A stretch of 61,189 bases of DNA from Patescibacteria group bacterium (GTDB lineage Bacteria; Patescibacteriota; Patescibacteriia; Patescibacteriales; UBA12465): assembly GCA_028681575.1 (NCBI GenBank), contig JAQUHX010000003.1:1-61189 (forward strand), in the 5' to 3' direction. Below the pieces are notes generated by a model that did no database searches, had not been told where the DNA came from, and saw nothing but the letters and a program-made list of their open reading frames with translations. Of this stretch, positions 35,722 through 44,008 are shown one piece after another (the first letter of the stretch is position 1; every line of letters starts with the position of its first letter). Both the position numbers and the translations under genes were made by a program.

Positions 35722-37093
35722 AGACAGAAAACAATTGTTTAATTGAATTAAGTTCTTGTTTTATCTTTTCATTACCTAAATCAACAACTTCGTGGCGAAT
35801 CTTATTATAAGAATGAATTGCAGTAGTATGATCACGACCACCCATTTCTTGAGCAATTGTTGGGTAGGAGGATTCTATTTCTTCACGCATTAAATAGATT
35901 GCGATTTGACGCGGCCAAACAAATTCTTTTTTTCGGCTTGGACCTAAAAGGTCTTTTAAATTAAGATCATAAAAACGACAAACAGCATCAATAATTTCTT
36001 TATTAGATAAAGATTTTGTTTTAGTACTACTAACAAAATCAGACATTATCTCTTTTACGCTCTTTTCAGTGATTGGGGTTCCTTTAAGCTCATGAACAGC
36101 AATAATTTTATTTAGTAAACCTTCTAACTCGCGAATATTATTTTGAACACTTTCAGCCATCATAGTTAAAATTTCCGGACTTAAAGGAAAACCCTTTTCT
36201 TCGGCGCGTCTTTCTAAGATTGCAATTTTAGTTTCAGTGTCAGGTTTACCAACATCAGCAACCATCCCTGATTCAAAACGAGAGATAAGTCTTGCTTCAA
36301 TTGCTGGTAATGATTTAGGAGGGCGATCAGAGGTTAAAACCACCTGTTTGTCGGCTTGCTGTAATTCATTAAAGGTATGAAAAAATTCTTGTTGAGTACC
36401 ATCTTTACCGCCCATAAACTGAACATCATCAACTAAAAGTAAATCAACATTTCTATATAAATTTTTAAAGTCTTTACCTTTTCCAGAGTGAACCGCCTGA
36501 ATGTAGTCATTTGTGAATTGTTCAGAGGTTGTATATAAGACTCGCTGATTGCCTTTAGTGGCAACCTCATTTCCAATTGCTTGTAAAAGGTGTGTTTTTC
36601 CTAAACCAACTCCACCATAAATAAATAAAGGGTTGTAAGCCTTGCCTAAATTATTAACTACTGCCTGGCAAGCGGCGTAAGCTAACTCATTATTTTTACC
36701 AACAATAAACTTTTCAAAAATATATTTAGGATTAAGCCCTGACCGAGGTCGGTCATTACTGTTTTTATTTGTTGGTAAGGGGGAAAAGTTGGGTTGAGTT
36801 TTAATATATTCAACGTTTGGTTTGGAAAAATTTTTTTCTGCAACTGGTTTTAACTCCACCTGGTAAGAAACATCAACCTTTTCTTTAAGAACATTTTCTA
36901 AGGCAGAAACTATACTGTGGTGGTATTTTTCCTCTAACCATTTTTTAATAAAGGCGTTTGGCACACCAACAACAACTTTGGTTCCCTCTAGGGAGCTAAT
37001 AAAAGTGTTTTTAAACCAGGTAATAAAATTAGCTCGAGATAGTCCAATCTCGACTTCACCTAAAACAGATTGCCAAATTTGTTCGTATGACAT
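35720..37093 (-). CDS. dnaA: chromosomal replication initiator DnaA
   Basis: 457 aa. AAA+ Walker A GGVGLGKTHLL, Walker B LLVDDVQF, sensor motifs and the C-terminal DNA-binding helix DHTTAIHSYNKI. Confidence 0.97.
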   Translation of the reverse strand: MSYEQIWQSVLGEVEIGLSRANFITWFKNTFISSLEGTKVVVGVPNAFIKKWLEEKYHHSIVSALENVLKEKVDVSYQVELKPVAEKNFSKPNVEYIKTQPNFSPLPTNKNSNDRPRSGLNPKYIFEKFIVGKNNELAYAACQAVVNNLGKAYNPLFIYGGVGLGKTHLLQAIGNEVATKGNQRVLYTTSEQFTNDYIQAVHSGKGKDFKNLYRNVDLLLVDDVQFMGGKDGTQQEFFHTFNELQQADKQVVLTSDRPPKSLPAIEARLISRFESGMVADVGKPDTETKIAILERRAEEKGFPLSPEILTMMAESVQNNIRELEGLLNKIIAVHELKGTPITEKSVKEIMSDFVSSTKTKSLSNKEIIDAVCRFYDLNLKDLLGPSRKKEFVWPRQIAIYLMREEIESSYPTIAQEMGGRDHTTAIHSYNKIRHEVVDLGNEKIKQELNSIKQLFSV

Positions 37094-37166
37094 AAAGGGG
37101 TAAGTAAATATAAATTCATTATATTTAATAAAAAGCTTTCTAACAAGCTAAAAAATGTTTACAAGT

Positions 37167-37186
37167 TGTGGGTAAGTTGTGAATAA
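37167..37186. promoter_or_regulatory. two tandem DnaA-box-like 9-mers in the dnaA/rpmH divergent spacer
   Basis: tgtgggtaa (37167-37175) and tgtgaataa (37178-37186). Each matches TGTGGATAA at 8/9 positions, and they are 2 nt apart. Confidence 0.5.
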
Positions 37187-37213
37187 TAATTAAAAAAGGG
37201 ATAAGTGTCAGCA

Positions 37214-37242
37214 TTGACCATTAAAAATAAAAATGATAGAGT
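37214..37242 (+). promoter_or_regulatory. sigma70-like promoter for rpmH-rnpA-yidC
   Basis: TTGACC (37214-37219), 17-nt spacer, TAGAGT (37237-37242). Confidence 0.45.
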
Positions 37243-37278
37243 AAATTCGACTTAAAATTGAAAGAATATACATTTTTT

Positions 37279-37416
37279 ATGCCGAAAAGAACCTATCAAC
37301 CGAATAAGAAAAGAGCGAGCACAAAACATGGTTTTATGAGTAGAATGGAAACCAAGGATGGGCGTGCTGTTTTAAAGCGTCGGCGAGATAAAGGGAGAGA
37401 ATCCCTGACTAAATAA
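37279..37416 (+). CDS. rpmH: 50S ribosomal protein L34 (45 aa, not in the ORF track)
   Basis: Own translation: [45 protein letters not shown], the canonical L34 sequence and its canonical position before rnpA. Confidence 0.95.
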   Translation: MPKRTYQPNKKRASTKHGFMSRMETKDGRAVLKRRRDKGRESLTK

Positions 37417-37434
37417 TGGTAGTCAAAAATAGGG

Positions 37435-37773
37435 ATGTTGCCCGCAAAAAATCGACTAACAAAAGACCGGGAATTTAATTCCATTTTTAAAGAGGGGCGC
37501 TCTTTTTATAGCGGTTCTTTGGGTTTAAAATATTTAAAAAATAACTTAGGGTTTAATCGTTTTGGCATTTTAGTTGGCGTTAAAGTAAGTAAATTAGCGG
37601 TTAAGCGCAATCTTTATAAGAGGCGTTTGCGGGCAATTATTAACCAAGAAAATAGACATTTAAAACAAGGCTTTGATTTAGTAATTATTACTAAATCTGA
37701 AATTAAAAACTCGTCTTACTCTAATTTAATTGAACACCTAAATAATTTATTTAAAAAAAGCGGCTTAAAATAG
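37435..37773 (+). CDS. rnpA: ribonuclease P protein component
   Basis: 112 aa, basic. LPAKNRLTKDREF... and the KLAVKRNLYKRRLR (RNR-like) motif. It follows rpmH. Confidence 0.9.
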   Translation: MLPAKNRLTKDREFNSIFKEGRSFYSGSLGLKYLKNNLGFNRFGILVGVKVSKLAVKRNLYKRRLRAIINQENRHLKQGFDLVIITKSEIKNSSYSNLIEHLNNLFKKSGLK

Positions 37774-37776
37774 AGA

Positions 37777-38550
37777 TTGAGTTTAAAAACAATTTTAAAA
37801 TATATGTTAGGTAATTTCTTCCAACTTTTCTTTTATCAACCAGTTCTTAATTTGTTAGTTTTTTTATACGGACAGATTGGCGATTTAGGGGTGGCAATTA
37901 TTTTATTAACCCTTATAATCAAATTAATTTTTTGGCCTTTATCTCAAAAATCAACTAAATCCCAATTAGCAATGCAAGGGATTCAAGCTGAACTAAATGA
38001 TTTAAAAAAGAAATATGCTGACAACAAAGAAGCTTTGGGGCGAGCAACAATGGATTTATATAAAAAACACAAGATAAACCCCCTTTCTTCTTGTTTGCCC
38101 CTTTTAATCCAACTCCCTTTTATTTATGCAATTTTTAGAACCCTTCGAGTTGGCTTAAGTGAGGATTTGGGCTTAGTCTATTCCTTTATTAGCCCAGTTA
38201 CCACGATTAGCACTATTTCTTTTGGGGTGGATTTGGGTCAGCGAGTAATCGTTTTAGCAGTGTTGGCTGGTTTGGCTCAGTTTATTCAGAGTAAATTAAT
38301 GTTAAAGAAGCAAGTTAAGACCACCCCACCAACTGAAGGTTCGGGGGTGGAGAATATGACAACAATAATAGGTAAACAATCAACTTATTTATTTCCAATT
38401 ATGACCGTCTTTTTTGGAATGTCTTTACCTGGAGGGTTAACTCTTTATTGGTTTACTTTCACCCTTCTAACCCTGCTTCAACAAGTTTTAATTCAAAAAA
38501 AACAGGACCGAGGTCCTATTAATGGAGTAGTTGTTTCTGGGGAAAAATAA
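37777..38550 (+). CDS. yidC: membrane protein insertase YidC (short, Gram-positive/CPR type)
   Basis: 257 aa. LGVAIILLTLIIKLIFWPL, MQGIQAELNDLKKKY and INPLSSCLPLLIQLPF are typical YidC/Oxa1 segments. The track start is TTG at 37777; an alternative ATG is at 37804. Confidence 0.9.
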   Translation: MSLKTILKYMLGNFFQLFFYQPVLNLLVFLYGQIGDLGVAIILLTLIIKLIFWPLSQKSTKSQLAMQGIQAELNDLKKKYADNKEALGRATMDLYKKHKINPLSSCLPLLIQLPFIYAIFRTLRVGLSEDLGLVYSFISPVTTISTISFGVDLGQRVIVLAVLAGLAQFIQSKLMLKKQVKTTPPTEGSGVENMTTIIGKQSTYLFPIMTVFFGMSLPGGLTLYWFTFTLLTLLQQVLIQKKQDRGPINGVVVSGEK

Positions 38551-38554
38551 TTTT

Positions 38555-38583
38555 AACCGGCCTTAAAGGGGCCGGTTTTTTTT
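38555..38583. terminator. bidirectional intrinsic terminator
   Basis: aaccggcc / ttaaagg / ggccggtt forms an 8-bp stem followed by a T-run, between convergent yidC and ORF 38582-39334. Confidence 0.75.
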
Positions 38584-39334
38584 AATCAAAACTACGATCA
38601 CGGCCAACAACAACGTTTAACTTGCCGCGAACAATCCCAATGTTTGCTGGAGCTGATAAATTGAGCGTACCATCAACTAAAAGCTCGTTGCTGGCAGTGC
38701 TTATTTTTAAGCTATCGGCCGTTAAGCGAGTTAAATCCTTAATATTTTTTCCAGTCTTTATATAAATATCTAAAAGGCCATCAATTGGGTTAACTTTTAA
38801 GCGCTTGTCGTCATTAGTGGCACTGCGTAAATTAAAAATCTCAATTACCCCCTTTTGATCGGTGCTTAAAGAAAAACCATCTTTAAATTCCAACACAGCC
38901 CCAGCGCTAGGTAAACTAACTTTATTTAAGAAATAGTAATTGTTGATAAGTCCGATATCAATTTTTTTCACTCGTCGGGCTAGTAAGATGTTGCAAGCTT
39001 CTTCACTAGCTTTAATGCCTAAAGAGTCGGCAATTGAATTGTCTTCGCCAATTGGAATAATAGAAAAAAGTACGTTTTTTTGGAAAAAACCGTAAAGCTC
39101 GTTATCAATGATTGCGCCAATCACTTTACTAACTGTTTGATTATTTCCAACTGCAACAATAGTTTTGGCGCCGTTTTTTATTTCATTTTGAATTACGTCG
39201 GAAACATTTCTGATTGCCCCCAGGCGAATAATTTTTCCATTTAGGCTTAAATCGGTTAACCTAATCTCAACCCGACTGAGAATGCGGTTGTATTTGGGCT
39301 TATTTAAATAATCGTCGTAAATATAGATATTCAT
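38582..39334 (-). CDS. diacylglycerol/lipid-kinase-fold (DAGK_cat/YegS-like) protein with a degenerate nucleotide motif
   Basis: 250 aa. IVAVGNNQTVSKVIGAI stands where the family has GGDGT. IIPIGEDNSIADSLGI resembles PlGtgNdfaR, and KKIDIGLINNYYFLNKVS resembles iDlg.vn..yF.n. Confidence 0.4.
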   Translation of the reverse strand: MNIYIYDDYLNKPKYNRILSRVEIRLTDLSLNGKIIRLGAIRNVSDVIQNEIKNGAKTIVAVGNNQTVSKVIGAIIDNELYGFFQKNVLFSIIPIGEDNSIADSLGIKASEEACNILLARRVKKIDIGLINNYYFLNKVSLPSAGAVLEFKDGFSLSTDQKGVIEIFNLRSATNDDKRLKVNPIDGLLDIYIKTGKNIKDLTRLTADSLKISTASNELLVDGTLNLSAPANIGIVRGKLNVVVGRDRSFD

Positions 39335-39357
39335 AAGCGCTACCCCTCTTTGCTAAA

Positions 39358-39768
39358 CTATTCTTCTTCTGGCAGCACTTCTTTTTTATCTGTAGAATTA
39401 TTTTTTTTGTTGCGAGCTGCTCCGTGACTACTTAAACGGCCATTAATTAAGGCCCCTCTAGAAACAGAAAGTTCTTGAAAATTAACATCACCATTTATTT
39501 TGGCGGTGCTACCTAAGGCAAGATATTGGCTAATTTTAATGGTTCCATTAATTTGGCCATTAATAGTGGCGTTTTCTGCTTCAATGTTGGCAACGACTTG
39601 AGCTTTTTCGCCAATATAAACATCAGCATCGGTTTTAAGACTACCTTCTAAACTGCCTTCAATAATAATGTTTCCGGTTCCATGAAAATCTCCTTTAACG
39701 GTAACCGAAGAGCCAATAATTGTTTCGGCGTCTTTAAACTTTTCTGGTTTCATTTCTTTATTAAACAT
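39358..39768 (-). CDS. bactofilin (polymer-forming cytoskeletal protein)
   Basis: 136 aa. TIIGSSVTVKGDFHGTGNIIIEGSLEGSL...ATINGQINGTI...INGDVNFQELSVSRGALINGRL is the bactofilin beta-helix repeat pattern, with disordered termini. Confidence 0.85.
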   Translation of the reverse strand: MFNKEMKPEKFKDAETIIGSSVTVKGDFHGTGNIIIEGSLEGSLKTDADVYIGEKAQVVANIEAENATINGQINGTIKISQYLALGSTAKINGDVNFQELSVSRGALINGRLSSHGAARNKKNNSTDKKEVLPEEE

Positions 39769-39899
39769 AATTTTAAAAACCCAAGTGCGTGCGGGTTGTT
39801 TATTAATAACAAGTTAATTTTAGTTTATAGACCCACCTTTGTCAAAAATAATTGACTAAAGAGAATAAAAAAAGCATACTAACAACAAGTCCATTTTTC

Positions 39900-39971
39900 G
39901 TCTTCGTAGTTCAATGGATAGAACGAGAACCTCCTAAGTTCTAGATTCAGGTTCGATTCCTGACGAAGACA
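39900..39971 (+). tRNA. tRNA-Arg (anticodon CCT)
   Basis: Acceptor gtcttcg/cgaagac, anticodon stem agaac/gttct with loop ctCCTaa, T-arm tcaggttcgattcctga. Confidence 0.9.
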
Positions 39972-40048
39972 CAAGTCTTTAAAGGTAAGATTAAAGTCTT
40001 TACTAATTTTATTAAATTAGTTATGATTGTCGTGTTAAATTTTTTAAA

Positions 40049-40122
40049 GGGCCATTAGCTCAGTTGGCTAGAGCGCTTCCATGGCATGGAAGAGGTCAAG
40101 GGTTCAAGTCCCTTATGGTCCA
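40049..40122 (+). tRNA. tRNA-Ala (anticodon GGC)
   Basis: Acceptor gggccat/atggtcc with the G3:U70 alanine identity pair, D-arm agctcagttggctagagc, anticodon stem cttcc/ggaag with loop atGGCat, T-arm agggttcaagtccct. Confidence 0.88.
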
Positions 40123-40309
40123 CATTTTTACCTATTATTAGCTAAATAACCTAATAATAGAAATTTCCTTTTTATATTTTGTTATTTATTTTGCTTAAAA
40201 TTATTTAATAGTGGTTATTTTATTTATTTTTTTATAAGCAACTTGAAAAAATTAATTCATAATTCCTGATTCAAGATATTTTAAAGAAAAAATAAAGATT
40301 TTGTTTTTT

Positions 40310-40356
40310 AAGGAGATAAGTCAACAATATTGTGGACTTATCTCCTTGTTTTTTTT
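40310..40356 (+). terminator. strong intrinsic terminator inside the 706-bp non-coding gap
   Basis: aaggagataagtc (40310-40322) pairs perfectly with gacttatctcctt (40335-40347), a 13-bp stem. The apical region holds the palindrome acaatattgt, and g + T8 follows. Confidence 0.75.
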
Positions 40357-40705
40357 AAGGTGAATTTACTCCTTTAATTTCTAGTAAAAGTTCTTTAAAG
40401 AACATTAGATCAAAAATAATTTTTATTCTTTAAAGTAGTAAATCAAAAATTTTAGGACATTTTCTAAGCACTTATTTTTTTAAACATCAAAATTAATTAA
40501 CTTTTTTATAATCTAAAATATATAGTTGAAAAATGTGTTTATGAGTTTTTTTGAGCTTTAGCTAAAGTATTAAATATTTTTAGGATTGTCTTCGTGCTTT
40601 AATTTTACCTTGTTTTTTAAATTTAAAATTTTCATAAATTTTTTTTGCTTAAAGTTATTTTTTAAATTTTGTCAGCCCCTTGTTCTTTGGGGAACATAAG
40701 GCGTT

Positions 40706-40740
40706 ATTTGTTTAATATTAGTCAATTTGTTTAATATTAG
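40706..40740 (+). repeat. perfect 16-nt tandem direct repeat (period 19) upstream of the trxB promoter
   Basis: atttgtttaatattag at 40706-40721 and again at 40725-40740. Each copy contains the palindrome taatatta. Confidence 0.85.
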
Positions 40741-40767
40741 CTAAATATAAAAAATAAGGACTGATGT

Positions 40768-40795
40768 TTGAAAAAAATTAAAAAAAAGCTATAAT
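40768..40795 (+). promoter_or_regulatory. sigma70-like promoter for trxB
   Basis: TTGAAA (40768-40773), 16-nt spacer, TATAAT (40790-40795), 33 nt before the ATG at 40829. Confidence 0.55.
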
Positions 40796-40828
40796 ATTAA
40801 TCTAGAGAAATTAATTCTTTTTGTTTTT

Positions 40829-41770
40829 ATGTTATATGATATAATAATTATCGGTTCGGGGCCGGCAGGCTTAACAGCAGCAATTTTTTCAACTCGTCGA
40901 GAAATGAAGACCTTGGTGATTGGTAAAGAGTTGGGCGGGCAGGTTGTTTGGGCCTCAGAGATAGAAAATTACCCAGGGTTTAAAAGTATTAGCAATTTTG
41001 AATTTATTGAGCGCCTACATGATCAGGCGCTTTCTTTCGGGGCGGAAATAAAAACCGCTGAAGTGGTGCGTTTGGAAAAATTAGCTGATGAAACTTTTAA
41101 GGTTTACGCTGGCAAAGAAGAGTTTTTAGCTAAAACGGTAGTTTTAACTATTGGTTTATCGCCACGACGCTTAGCTGTTGCTGGGGAAATAGAGCTTAGT
41201 GGTCATGGTGTTTCCTATTGTGCCAACTGTGATGGGCCTTTGTATAAAGGTAAAATAGTGGCGGTTATTGGTGGGGGAAATTCAGCTTTTGATTCGGCGG
41301 AAATGCTCTCAAAAATTGCTGATCAAGTTTATTTGATACATCGAAATCAAAATTTTAAAGCTTTTGAGTCTTTGATTACAGAAGTAAAAGAGCGAAAAAA
41401 TATAACCATTTTAGCCGATACAGTTGTTAAAGAAATTGTTGGCGATTCAAAGGTTGAAAAAATTGTTTACGAAACTATTGATGGTAAAACTAACGAGGTT
41501 TCTGTTGACGGTGTTTTTATTGAGATTGGCAGAATTGCTCACACAGACCTTGTCGCAGACTTAGTTGATCGTGATGACCGCTTACAAATTGTGGTTAATA
41601 ATTTAATGGAAACAAAAACGTCGGGTTTGTTTGCGGCTGGAGACGTGACTGATAAAAGTGAGTACAAACAAATAACGGTCGCTGTTGGGCAAGCAACAAC
41701 AGCTGCTCTGTCGGCTTATAAATATTTACAAACTAGAAACCAAATAAAAAAATCAACGACTGCTTATTAA
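40829..41770 (+). CDS. trxB: thioredoxin-disulfide reductase
   Basis: 313 aa. IIGSGPAGLTAA (FAD), redox-active CANCDG, GGGNSAFDSA (NADPH) and GLFAAGDV. Confidence 0.92.
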   Translation: MLYDIIIIGSGPAGLTAAIFSTRREMKTLVIGKELGGQVVWASEIENYPGFKSISNFEFIERLHDQALSFGAEIKTAEVVRLEKLADETFKVYAGKEEFLAKTVVLTIGLSPRRLAVAGEIELSGHGVSYCANCDGPLYKGKIVAVIGGGNSAFDSAEMLSKIADQVYLIHRNQNFKAFESLITEVKERKNITILADTVVKEIVGDSKVEKIVYETIDGKTNEVSVDGVFIEIGRIAHTDLVADLVDRDDRLQIVVNNLMETKTSGLFAAGDVTDKSEYKQITVAVGQATTAALSAYKYLQTRNQIKKSTTAY

Positions 41771-41774
41771 TTAT

Positions 41775-43046
41775 ATGAATAAAGAAAAAATAAATTTAAT
41801 CGCGGCTGATATGGGGTATGGTCACCAGCGAGCAGCCTATCCACTTTTAGACATTGCTGTTGGTCAAAAAATTGTTACGATTAATAATTATCAAGGTATT
41901 GCTGGGTGGGAGAGAAAGTATTGGGAAAATAGCAATAAAACCTATAATAAAATTTCTCGTTTAAAAAAACTTCCTTTGCTTGGTGATTTAGTTTTTTCAA
42001 TAATGGATGCTTTTCAAAAAGTTCAACCTTTTTATCCGAAGCGTGATTTGTCTGCTCCGACTCTACAAGAAAAGTTTTTTTATCATCAAGTTAGAAAGGG
42101 TTTAGGAAAAAATTTAATTAATAGTTTACGTGAAAGCGCCTTGCCTTTTTTAACAACTTTCTTTGTGGGTGCTTATTTTGCCGAAGAACAAAATCACTCC
42201 GGAGATATTTATTGTTTAATTACTGACACTGATGTTTCTCGAGCTTGGGTGAATATGGATTCAAAAAACACACGTGTTAAATATTTATTACCGAATGATC
42301 GGGTTCGGGAACGATTTTTAATGTATGGCGTTAAGCCGGAAAATTTAAAGGTAACTGGATTCCCTCTTCCTAAAGAAAACGTTGGCGAGAATGATGAAAT
42401 TTTAAAACAAGATTTAGCCAATCGTTTGCCTTATTTAGATCCTCAAGGCTGCTATCATAAAAAATATCAATCTTTAGTTGACCAGCATTTGCCCGCAGCG
42501 GAAAAACTAAGCAAGCCTCTCACAATTACCTATGCAGTTGGTGGCGCGGGAGCACAAAAAGAAATCGGCGTTCAAATTCTAAACGGTTTAATTGATTGGA
42601 TTAAAGAAGGTCGCCTTGGTTTAAATTTAATTGCCGGTAGTCGTCTAGAAGTTAAGGAATACTTTGATAAATGCCTTAAGGAGGCTGGTGTGGCTGAGAA
42701 CAAAAATGTTCGAGTTGTTTTTAATCCAGATAAAATTGAGTATTTTAAAGAATTTAATCAAGTTTTGAGAACAACTGATATTTTATGGACCAAGCCATCC
42801 GAGCTGTCTTTTTATGCCGCTCTAGGTTTACCGATTATTATGTCTCCAGTAATTGGGTCGCAGGAAGTTTTTAACCGTGAAAATTTGTTAAGCAGTGGTT
42901 CGGGGTTAGATTCTTTGCCTTTAGAATATGTGGCTGAATGGTTTCCTGATTTGCTTAATTCTGGGCGCCTTGCTCGAGCAGCTATGGATGCCTATCTTAA
43001 TGGTAATGCTCGAGGAGTCTATAATATCGAGGCTTTACTTAACTAA
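41775..43046 (+). CDS. GT-B glycosyltransferase, MGDG-synthase/UgtP-like (GT28-type)
   Basis: 423 aa. The N-terminal AADMGYGHQRAA resembles the G-x-GH-xxAA motif of UgtP/MGDG synthases. The C-terminal TKPSELSFYAALGLPIIMSPVIGSQEVFN resembles TKPGG.t.EAla.glP.i...pipGQE..N. Confidence 0.5.
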   Translation: MNKEKINLIAADMGYGHQRAAYPLLDIAVGQKIVTINNYQGIAGWERKYWENSNKTYNKISRLKKLPLLGDLVFSIMDAFQKVQPFYPKRDLSAPTLQEKFFYHQVRKGLGKNLINSLRESALPFLTTFFVGAYFAEEQNHSGDIYCLITDTDVSRAWVNMDSKNTRVKYLLPNDRVRERFLMYGVKPENLKVTGFPLPKENVGENDEILKQDLANRLPYLDPQGCYHKKYQSLVDQHLPAAEKLSKPLTITYAVGGAGAQKEIGVQILNGLIDWIKEGRLGLNLIAGSRLEVKEYFDKCLKEAGVAENKNVRVVFNPDKIEYFKEFNQVLRTTDILWTKPSELSFYAALGLPIIMSPVIGSQEVFNRENLLSSGSGLDSLPLEYVAEWFPDLLNSGRLARAAMDAYLNGNARGVYNIEALLN

Positions 43047-43055
43047 AGAAATCTT

Positions 43056-43997
43056 ATGTCCTGGTTTAGTGTTGCAATTATTTCTTATTTTTTGATGGCG
43101 GTAGTTAATCTGACCGATAAGTTTTTAATTGATAATGTTGTTAAAAGTTCAAAAACTTACACCTTTTTAGTTTGTACTCTTAGTCTGTTTATTTTTGTAG
43201 CTGCTCCTTGGTTTTTAGAGTTTCCTGGCTGGAAAGAGGTTTTGTTGGCGATTCTGTCAGGTTCTTTGTTTACAGCGGCAACCTTTTTTATGTATGAGGC
43301 TTTGCGGCGGAGCGCTGCTAGTCAGACCATTATTATTATTGGTGGCTTGGTTCCTGTTTTTACCGCCCTGTTGAGTTTTATTTTTCTTCGAGAATATTTT
43401 TTTATTTATCAAATAGGGGGCTTAATGCTTCTTATTGGCGGAACTTTTTTAATCGCTTTTTTACCGACAGTTACCTCTTTTTGGGAAAAAATTTGGCAGA
43501 ACTTTCACCCTAATAAATATAAAAGACGATCTTGGCGTTTAGCTGGTTTGGCCGCCTTTTTTTATGCCGCTTTTTTTGTCGCAACGAAGGAGGTTTATTT
43601 GCAACAACCCTTTGTTAGTGGTTTTATGTGGTTGCGATTGGGAGCTTTTTTGGCGGCCGCTCTTTTTCTTTTAGAGCCTAATAGTCGTCGAGAAATTATT
43701 CAACAAATTTTTCCAAAAAAGAAAAATAAGCATAAAAATAATTTTTTATTTTTAGCTAATCAGGGCTTAGGAGCTTTAAGTTCAATTTTGCAGAATTATG
43801 CTATCTTTTTGGGGCCGGTTGCTATGGTTGCTGCTTTACAAGGGGTACAATACGGAGCCTTAATAGTTATGTCTTTTTTGTTGGGTTTATTTATTAAACA
43901 ATATAAAGAGAAATTTACTTGGCGTATTTTTTTACAAAAACTAATCGCCATATTATTAATTATTGGCGGTTTGTATTTGACTGCCCTTCAGGTTTAA
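43056..43997 (+). CDS. DMT-superfamily (EamA-like) membrane protein
   Basis: 313 aa, about 10 TM arranged as two similar halves, each ending in a GG..L.(I/A) segment typical of EamA domains. Confidence 0.5.
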   Translation: MSWFSVAIISYFLMAVVNLTDKFLIDNVVKSSKTYTFLVCTLSLFIFVAAPWFLEFPGWKEVLLAILSGSLFTAATFFMYEALRRSAASQTIIIIGGLVPVFTALLSFIFLREYFFIYQIGGLMLLIGGTFLIAFLPTVTSFWEKIWQNFHPNKYKRRSWRLAGLAAFFYAAFFVATKEVYLQQPFVSGFMWLRLGAFLAAALFLLEPNSRREIIQQIFPKKKNKHKNNFLFLANQGLGALSSILQNYAIFLGPVAMVAALQGVQYGALIVMSFLLGLFIKQYKEKFTWRIFLQKLIAILLIIGGLYLTALQV

Positions 43998-44008
43998 ATT
44001 AAGTATTT

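Noticed and set aside
37296-37484. Minus-strand 62-aa ORF
   Set aside because: It is antisense to rpmH and the rnpA start. The plus strand here encodes a textbook L34 sequence.
40706-40740. Possible CRISPR array or any other CRISPR in the window
   Set aside because: There are only two 16-nt copies with a 3-nt spacer and no cas genes. No other regularly spaced repeats were seen anywhere in the window.
40123-40828. The long gap as RNase P RNA, SRP RNA, 6S RNA or rRNA fragment
   Set aside because: The sequence is extremely AT-rich. Apart from one terminator hairpin it has no GC-rich helices, and it lacks the conserved motifs of those RNAs that I know.
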